A stretch of 32,156 bases of DNA from Paraglomus brasilianum. Taxonomy: Eukaryota. The translations under genes were made by a program, and so were the position numbers. The notes below the pieces were generated by a model. That model did no database searches, had not been told where the DNA came from, and was given only the letters and a program-made list of their open reading frames with translations. Shown here piece by piece: positions 24,251 through 32,156 of the stretch (its first letter is position 1; every line of letters begins with the position of its first letter). The DNA lies in NCBI GenBank assembly GCA_910592345.1, contig CAJVPI010000382.1:1-32156 (forward strand). Direction: 5' to 3'.

Positions 24251-26049
24251 TATTAATGTTTTAGTTTAGCATCTCTCTTCTTTGTTGCATCGGGCTGATA
24301 AAACATTGAAGACGATTAACTTGTCGGTAGGAAGAAAAATCCCAATTTTGTATATCGTCGATTTCCCAATATACGTGTATACTAATGTGATAGGTTGACA
24401 ATAGCTCATGAGACTTTCAAAAACCTTACAAGGTTCAAGAGTATACGTTGGAAGCATCATACATTGTTTGTTGTGCTAATCATTTTTATACAAAGCACCT
24501 ACAAGACATAACCTTTTACTGGACAAAGATTACATACAGCCATTATAGCATGTAAAATTTGACCATTACATATCTAATACCCTAATCCAACAACGCATTG
24601 CATTTGTACTTATACTTAAGTAGAGTTTGTGAAAGCGGGAGTGGTTAAAATACAATCAAGTGAAAATAAACAATCGATCAAAAATAAAGTGAGAAACTGC
24701 GATAATTCTGCTCACATTATTACCAAAATTAAATCCAGATTTATAGGATAGCGCGACAACTCCCCAAACATCAGAGTATAGCTTTCCTGGTGCAGTTTTC
24801 AATAACTGGCCATAAACCGTTATATTGAACTGTGTGAATTGCTGACTGCTGTACTCAATGGCATACAAAGAAACATATAACTTAACAATACACTGGTAGA
24901 ACTATAGAAGCAAACAGATATGTTGTACTTTGTTATGCCTACATCTACCGTTCTTTTCTCTAGACTGAAATTAAACAATTTGTCGTCAGCATCTCAATAA
25001 ACATATTTATACCCGTCGTCGGTGTGTAATTACCTCATATCTTCATAAATACGTATTGAAAAAAGAGCATGCCAATGTTTATACATTCTAAACGCTGCGA
25101 ACAACCCATTCTTCCCTACCTATAACCCGAGATATTGTATCTCTTTCTTTTATATTGTTTCTTTATTCTTCAACCATAATAATATTTTTTCTGTTATGAA
25201 TTTTATTGCAAATTTGCGGCCTGTACATCGCATCGCTGTAACTGTAAAAGAGTAATGGAAGAAAATTCGTATATGAGATGACAGTTTGCTTCGCGCTCAG
25301 TTACAATAGACAGCAGTCAAATACAAGAGTAAATAATACGTTTGCTTACCAAACACAAATTTTTTGTCTTGTTCGAAGCCATAAACTACCCACTCGTTTA
25401 ATTCGTTATTAGCTTTGAGCTTTAGGCATTTGAACAATAACACTTTGTAGCCCAATTAATTACTACAAGTAGCAGCCTATGTATGGTTTACTGCTCATGG
25501 ACATTTTCTTATCTAATGAGTTAAGGCCAACATTTTGGTATTTTAATATTATTAAAGTATGCTTAACATCTGACGTCGGGCAGAAAGCGAGAAGATTGTT
25601 AAAAGGTTATCATTTATCACAACAATATAGTTCTTGATATCTATAGCCCGAAATAAAATACCAACTTTCAAAACCCTAAGGCTTTTATATTAGAGGGCTT
25701 AGAGAAAACTAATCCGTAATAATGATAGAGCAGACGAAGCAGAATAAAAGTCACGGTTTAAAATTTTTAATCAACTAAAATAATTTCGAGTTTTAGGCAA
25801 CAGTTTTCCAAGGACGTCCAGTTTGTGCAACTTTTTGTGTAACAATTCTGCGCGATATGATATTCTCATTCTTTATTGTTTTACGGCGACTGAAGCAAGT
25901 TATCCGGAACAGTATTTCAAAAGATAATCTTTGGTTAAAGTGTCGTGGACAAAGTGTTGTAATTTCAAAATAAAGCTGAATTCGAATTTAAGCATATATT
26001 ATAGTTGCCTCCATACGTCCAGTCTCAAATAAGTAACTAATACTAGATA

Positions 26050-26780
26050 ACAGACTCTGGATGGAATGGCACGTTGAAACTTTGGATCGGGTCAAACGAT
26101 CACCATTAAATTACGTGAAATCACCTCTTTGAAGAATTTCTTGAGACCTTTCTTCAAACATGAGACCACTAGTGATTCGATGCCTCAGCAAGTAACGGAG
26201 CTAGAGAAAAAATCAGTCAAATGCAGCATGTATAACTCTCACGAAAGATTGTAATTGACGTTGTACCTGCATGGCTACACGCTTTTGAGGAATATTCGAT
26301 CGACCATATATCTGTGCAACAAGTCTGCGAAAAGGTGTCATATATTTGAATGGTAACGCTGAAATGTTGAGGAGATGCGGATATAACAATAACGATGGAT
26401 CGTCTGTCTACGGCATGGCAAGTTATTTGTCAATAGATTTCAAACGAAGATTATTACAACCTATATGCTCACAGTTTTGGGTCCAATACTGGGTTCCAAT
26501 GCGGTAGTTAACATTACACAAGATATCAACATTTTGAAACAAGCCTTTGTTTACTTTACAATTGGGGAAATCGATACACTTACGTCGACGTTGAATATGG
26601 TGATGACGATGGTACTATAGTAGCAAATAGCCTCAATGATATTCTCTTTTATCGAACGTTCAGACATTTTTGAGCTTGTGGATATCGAGATGGGATGCAA
26701 TTTGAGTCAGAAGTTTACGCGATATTCTTCATGGATATCCTTTTGCAATGTTTATAATATATCGGTGAATTCGTCACTCG
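26050..26780 (+). pseudogene. Highly degenerate coding relic, family uncertain (possibly Crinkler-type)
   Basis: Protein-like fragments in shifting frames (KIVIDVVPAWLHAF, KGVIYLNGNAEMLRRCG, SLNDILFYRTFRHF, GMQFESEVYAIFF). No decisive motif. Confidence 0.2.
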
Positions 26781-27249
26781 AATAATGAACAAGAGTATGT
26801 GATAATGTCATTGGAATTTATGAGAGAAATGGTTCAGGAGATACCTTAAGAGGTACAGAGAACGACTTGTAAGGTGACGTCTCAAATAAAAAACACGTAG
26901 TCTTTAATTGTCGCTTCGATAAGGTGAATAGAATCTTTATTGAATCATTAGTATAGCACGCCGGAGTGGACAAAAGTCTGAATTTAAATTCACTATTTTG
27001 CGAATTGAAATTCAGAAAATAGCGTCAAACAAATTGCTGTCGGACATTTCAGTGGGGCCGCTGCTACCGTCAAATAATTATGTCATTAGCGTCAAAGAAT
27101 TATGTACAACCACTCGAAATCGAACTTTTTCACACACACACAGACGTTGATTGGTCAATCAGTTGATAATACGGGATCGTTGATCTAATATAGACAAAGG
27201 GATTTATTCTCTTGTTTTGCTATACGCTGTACATTTTTGTTGATCAATG

Positions 27250-27585
27250 ACGAACTATTTTGAAGTAATTGTCGGACGAGTACAATGGCGCCTAAGAATA
27301 TATTGATACCAGAATTTTCATCCTCATCAGTTGGATTAAACTGATCTCTGAGGACATCGTATTCATTCCTAGTTAATAAATTTCCAAAATTCTCGTCAAC
27401 TATAATATCGCCGCTGTTTTCATTATCATCTTGTTCATTGCTATCACGAGTTTCTTTAACTCCATAATTGTCATCAACTCCATTATATTTTTCATAAGCT
27501 TCATAGCCATTTGTTATCATCCAACTTGCCACAATTGTAACGGCGTTCGATTGTGCTCTGTGATTATTCCAGGTTTCTGTGGTAT
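27250..27585 (-). mobile_element. C-terminal fragment of an IS3EU-like (integrase-core) transposase
   Basis: Across two frameshifts the minus strand reads TWNNH, then TEHNRTPLQLWQVG, then MITNGY...DDNYGV...LRDQFNPTDEDENSGINIFLGAI. This matches the recalled WNNHxxRTExNxTPxQLW...YG.D...NPL.DDGN.GI..Y tail of this family. Confidence 0.6.
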
Positions 27586-28287
27586 GCTACTTACGAATTT
27601 TATCATATAAAGTAAATATGGTATCACTCTATTTAGAAAGCTGATGCCCCTACTTCCAAATTTGATCGGGGCATCAAAGCTATTGTTAATGCCCTTAATT
27701 GGCATACGTAAGTAACAGCATATGACGAAGAGTGTGTATAAAATAAGTTTAGTCATTATTTTCTTACGCTTTTATGACGACATCTGGGAAAATATAATTT
27801 ACGAATGAGATGAATCTCTTCTCAGTTTCCCGCCTCATCATTACCTCCTTTGCCATATTTCGCAATAGATTGGGGGAGGTACCATAATTAGTAGACTACA
27901 GTATGTCATATAAATCTTATATAAAGTTTAAACGTAAAGCAACGATTCTGTTATATACAAATAAGTTTTAAAAACCGACTGCTATCATATTGTATGCAAA
28001 TGTTATAATTGTATAAAGGGCTTATGTTAAAAACTACTGATATCAGACTCCCAACATGGCTATTGTCTTGCGCCAACAGTAGAAAGTTATTTTTTCTGTC
28101 CTTTTTTTGTTTTCCTTCATACTCCGCTGCATGATTACATTAAGAAAGGCAAGCGCAGAAACTAATGCAAGTAGACGTATATTGATCAAACAACCTACAG
28201 ACTAACAATCGTTCTCTGACTTCTCTATATAGCATCCATGTATCGATGGAAGTATGATAGCAGTAGCAAGAACAATTTTTTTTGAAC

Positions 28288-28335
28288 TGGTGAAGACATT
28301 GGTGAATACATTGGAATACATTGGTGAATACATTG
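28288..28335. repeat. 12-bp tandem repeat TGGTGAATACAT, about 4 copies
   Basis: Units at 28288, 28300, 28312 (2-nt deletion) and 28322. Confidence 0.9.
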
Positions 28336-28539
28336 ATAATTATCCCCTAGTAAGGGATAAGAGCACACCAAATTTGGCATATTTTAATAATATAGTTTTA
28401 ATCATATGACCATATAAAAATTCCTATAAAGCACTTCAAGTATTACACTGCCCTTCACCTAATATACTAAAGACAACCAGCACAACTCCGCGTTGTGAAG
28501 AAGTAGAATAAAACCTTGATTTGCCTGGAATATCTAAGG

Positions 28540-29135
28540 AATGTCAAACATCAGCCTCAAAAAACACAGACTCTAAATGAATTGTAAGTGTACACGTATT
28601 GATCCGCACGAATACTTCTAACACTGATTGATGCTTGTTTGCGATAGAAAGATGCAAACTTCTACCCAACATCTAAGGTCTATTGCGGAATTCAACAACC
28701 AATATATTGCCAGCTGTGAGTTCCATATTATGATACCTTTCATTCTATGAAATATAGGAATTCTAAGCTGTCGGTAATGTCTTCCATTCACATAAAACTT
28801 TGTTTCGCCAAACGTCATTCTCTTACTTGATTTAGAATTTGACGATTTACGCAAACAGTACAGACAAGTCCCCAACCCACTCAATAAAGTTTCGACACGA
28901 CAAATGACGATTTGGACCTCCTGCCTGGCACATAAGACCGGGAAACCCCAACTTATTGGGTTATGTACATACTCTAATCACATTTGCAACGGAAGACAAA
29001 TCTTGTCTGATGGAAAAGCTCTCTCTCTAAAGAACCAAACGATCATTTGATTGCATAGATAGTGGATATGGGCTTTATTTACTGCTACGGAAGCCCAACC
29101 GAGGAAATTACTTAGGGTAAATAATTTTGATGGAC
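28540..29135 (-). pseudogene. Protein kinase pseudogene (probably tyrosine-kinase-like)
   Basis: Eroded subdomains appear in the correct order on the minus strand. G-loop: FLG..GF..AVNKA (29103-29071). Subdomain IV: NVIRV (~28985-28970). VIa: MEDITDSLEFL. VIb: KGII../ELTAGNILV (~28740-28697). VII: LDVG (~28676-28665). IX: ADV* (~28555). Many frameshifts. Confidence 0.55.
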
Positions 29136-29863
29136 TTATAGTAAAAATGACTATTTCCCCTTCGAAGGCCTACACCTTGGCATTTTCCACGTTCCTTAGC
29201 GGATTGAAACCATATTTATTATTGAGCGCTAACGAGATCGAAATCTTATATTCCTATTGGCTAATTTCAACGTTAATGGTAAGTTTTTCGAAACGTTATC
29301 TATATATAGACATACGCCGTCTTTAATCTTTCTACTTATGATTATTACTTTATATAAAGGCTATTATTGTTATAACGTAAAATAATCAGGATATAATTGA
29401 GTAGTGTTCAGTAAAGGGAATTGTACAATGGGTTTCTATGACGACATAATCGTTCATTGGCTATGCAGTTGGGGTAGTTATCTGCGGAGGCCGCAGAGCC
29501 AACGTGATAATTCGTAATACGTAACACATTTTTTCAATTGATTACGGAATAACACGGTCGAATTTTTTTTTTCTTGCTGTCCTCCCCCGAAGGTAAACAA
29601 CTTTGTTATGATTTAACTTTGATCAAAGGGTGTTATTGATCTATTTGAATACCATGTACGTATATGCAGTGTGCAGTTCAAGCAAACGGCAACATTTAGT
29701 TCTCTTCGCTTAGTGCTTCTTGGGAGCTGTCTTTTCTCTTGACCATTGCGCGTGGAGAATTGACGTGTATTTCCAAAAAAAATTTTCGCGCTCTTTCAGG
29801 TAAACAATTTTTTGTAGCTTTACCTTGATCGAAGGGTGTTATTTAACTTATCTTATTTTACAG

Positions 29864-32000
29864 GACTGGTTTACCAAAGAGGACAAAGCTTGAAGTTCTC
29901 AGTAGAACCCTTATATATTGTAAGTTGCATGTCATACCCGGATAATGTGAGACTTTTTTCACTGAGTGCTCATTGAGTGGTTGTTGTGTTCTGAAGTTAT
30001 GCTGTCAGGGTATTAGTATATAACATACCCGCACTTATTTTTTTTCGCAATCACCAAATTCTCTCTCATTCACTCAATAGATTGGCTGGACACTGACTTT
30101 AGCACGATAAAGGACTCTCGTTTGAGGGATTGGTGATGTCCATCTTTTTTGCAAACTCTGTGGCATAATGATATGCTCGTGGAAAAAAGAAATGTGCCGA
30201 TTTCGACTCTTGAAAAGGCTGTGACAGAGTGCATCGCATTGCGAATTCTGAATCCAGCAACGAAATTAAGACATGAGTGTGTGTATTCTAGTTCAAGACT
30301 GCTTGTTTGTAATTACACTTAATTTTGACATTGGTATACTGAAAGTTCATTTGCATTGTAGACCTAACACATGCTAGAGAAACCCAAAATCAGGGTATTT
30401 TACTGCAAAAAGAAGTTATGAAAAAGATGAAAATTGCATGACTGGTGTCAGGATCGAGACCTAAGTACGACATATTCCTCCGTGATTTCCGCTCAATTCT
30501 CCGATTCCGCAGCACACGAAATCCAAGTAACACAGCCAACGATAATTGCGCAGCATGGTATGGATGTGGGCCAAAAACTTGGACAAAATGTACTAGTCTG
30601 CTTATATCCATAAATTTGGACACTGGGCATAAGCGAGCTTGTGAAGACAAGCCACCTAACCCACTAAAAAAGGAAAAGTTATCAACAAAAAAGGTTGGAT
30701 ATAACTTAATTTTTGTCTGCAAAACCATTTTTATGAAGCTAAATTGAGTTATTTCTTCTAGAGGAATACATCACCTGGTGGGAAGCCAGCTCCTATGGAC
30801 CTGCTACCATCAGATAATGATTTTTCTAAAAACAATGACAATTCTTCCTCCCAAGTAGATCATGATGATGTTAGTGATGAAGAGATGGAGGTGACTGACG
30901 ATAAAATAATAAAGGAAACAAGGTAAGAATTTTAGACATTGGTTAATTTTTTTTTAAATAATGAAAATTTATGTTCTTGTTCTTTTAGAATGGACCAGTC
31001 AGATTGAGCAAGGAACACCGACAAAAAATCGAGCAGACATTTAATGGCATGAATAGAGAGAGAATGTGGAAACTCTCAATGGGAAATATGTCAAGGAAGA
31101 ATTATTCAAATTAGGCCAAAAGTTGAATTTTGAGCAGTTAGTGTTTATATGCATGTTTCTCTGCTGTTGTTATGCAACAACAATTTTGCTAAACTATGTT
31201 ATTATTTTCTTTCTAGCACCATTCATTCATTCATTCTGGATGTCGATAATAATGTAATTCGCCAGCATTTCAGTAAGGAAGAACATGACAAAATTGAATT
31301 TGCACCCAGTCCACAGATACCTGAAATTTCAGACGAAATAGATGAATTTGTGAACAAATTTATTGTGAGAGTTGATGTTGAAATCCAGCTGAAGCTGAAA
31401 CTAACCAATGGTATTAGAGAATAAAATCTGATCAACCAATGAAAAGTCATTGTTTCAGCTTCGGCCATATTTCAGCTTCAGCCGTGACATTTATTGACAA
31501 GGTAATAAATAATTTACATGCTATTGACAAAATATGAACAATAAGTCGTTAATCTTTTTTCTACATAGACAAGCTTGAAGGATATCTGAAAGATCGTAAA
31601 GAAACTGATATGTAGAAACAATTACGATCATGATAAGGATTATATCCTTTTTGCTATGCGTTGTAAGTATTTGGTTCTTGTGGCTTGCTTGTACATGCAT
31701 ATGTAGATATTATTAAATGCATCAATGGTAAATTGGCTAAATTTTCTTTCTTATAGAATGAGAGAAATTCAAACCAAAAGCTTGAAAGAAAAGCATCTTA
31801 AAGCTTGGTTTAATTGTCATGTCTGGAGCTCAATCCTCGATCAAGCTTTTGGTGATCTGGCTGTGGTATCCGTCGTCAGGTAATTTTGCTTTTATAAAAT
31901 ATGTAACTTAACTTAACGTATCTGACGAGGTATCTTTTTTTAACAATCCAGGGGGGAAAGTTCAAGCTTAGCATCGGCATCACGAAAAAATAAAAAAAGA
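29864..32000 (+). pseudogene. Multi-exon pseudogene of an expanded early-diverging-fungal family (Crinkler/REase-fold-like protein), truncated
   Basis: GT-AG introns (e.g. 30923-30988, 31137-31216, donor at 31365, 31880-31951) join MWKLS/GKYVKEELFKLGQKLNFEH-TIHSFILDVDNNVIRQHFSKEE..., then WFNCHVWSSILDQAFGD..VVR-GESSSLASASRKNKKR. There are frameshifts, and similarity stops abruptly at ~32000. The 5' boundary is approximate. Confidence 0.7.
31388..31482. repeat. Short inverted-repeat element inside an intron of the pseudogene
   Basis: GCTGAAGCTGAAA (31388-31400) is the exact reverse complement of 31470-31482, and a second copy at 31453-31465 has 1 mismatch. Confidence 0.6.
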
Positions 32001-32156
32001 CCATTGTTATACGACAAATTTAATAATAACATTTAAATGGCGATTTACGATTAATATTATTAGTACGTCAGATGATCAATTAAATGTATTACACAAACAT
32101 GTAAATATCTGACGTAAAATTTAGTGACGTTAAATCAATATTTTAGCAATAGCTAT

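Overview
AT-rich, gene-sparse eukaryotic DNA with GT-AG introns. It is most likely from an early-diverging fungus, probably Glomeromycotina/Mucoromycota; this is inferred from the style of the MATA-HMG protein, the kinase relic and the REase-like relic. Only two genes look intact, and they converge: an intronless MATA-type HMG-box transcription factor (9692-10324, +) and a 5-exon LaeA-like SAM methyltransferase (18098-16269, -) with an MGSCVSK acylation motif and an 11-nt micro-exon carrying the SAM-binding loop. Pseudogenes include an unprocessed ABCA transporter, a protein kinase and a multi-exon REase/Crinkler-like gene. Mobile relics include a pogo/Tigger deletion derivative, a Tc1/mariner deletion derivative, a 118-bp Mutator-type MITE with a perfect 9-bp TSD, an IS3EU-like integrase tail and smaller inverted-repeat elements. 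Several short tandem duplications are also present. I found no rRNA, tRNA or CRISPR array and no convincing new multi-gene system; the best leads concern the methyltransferase architecture and the unannotated mini-transposons. All family assignments come from motif recognition by eye, not database searches.
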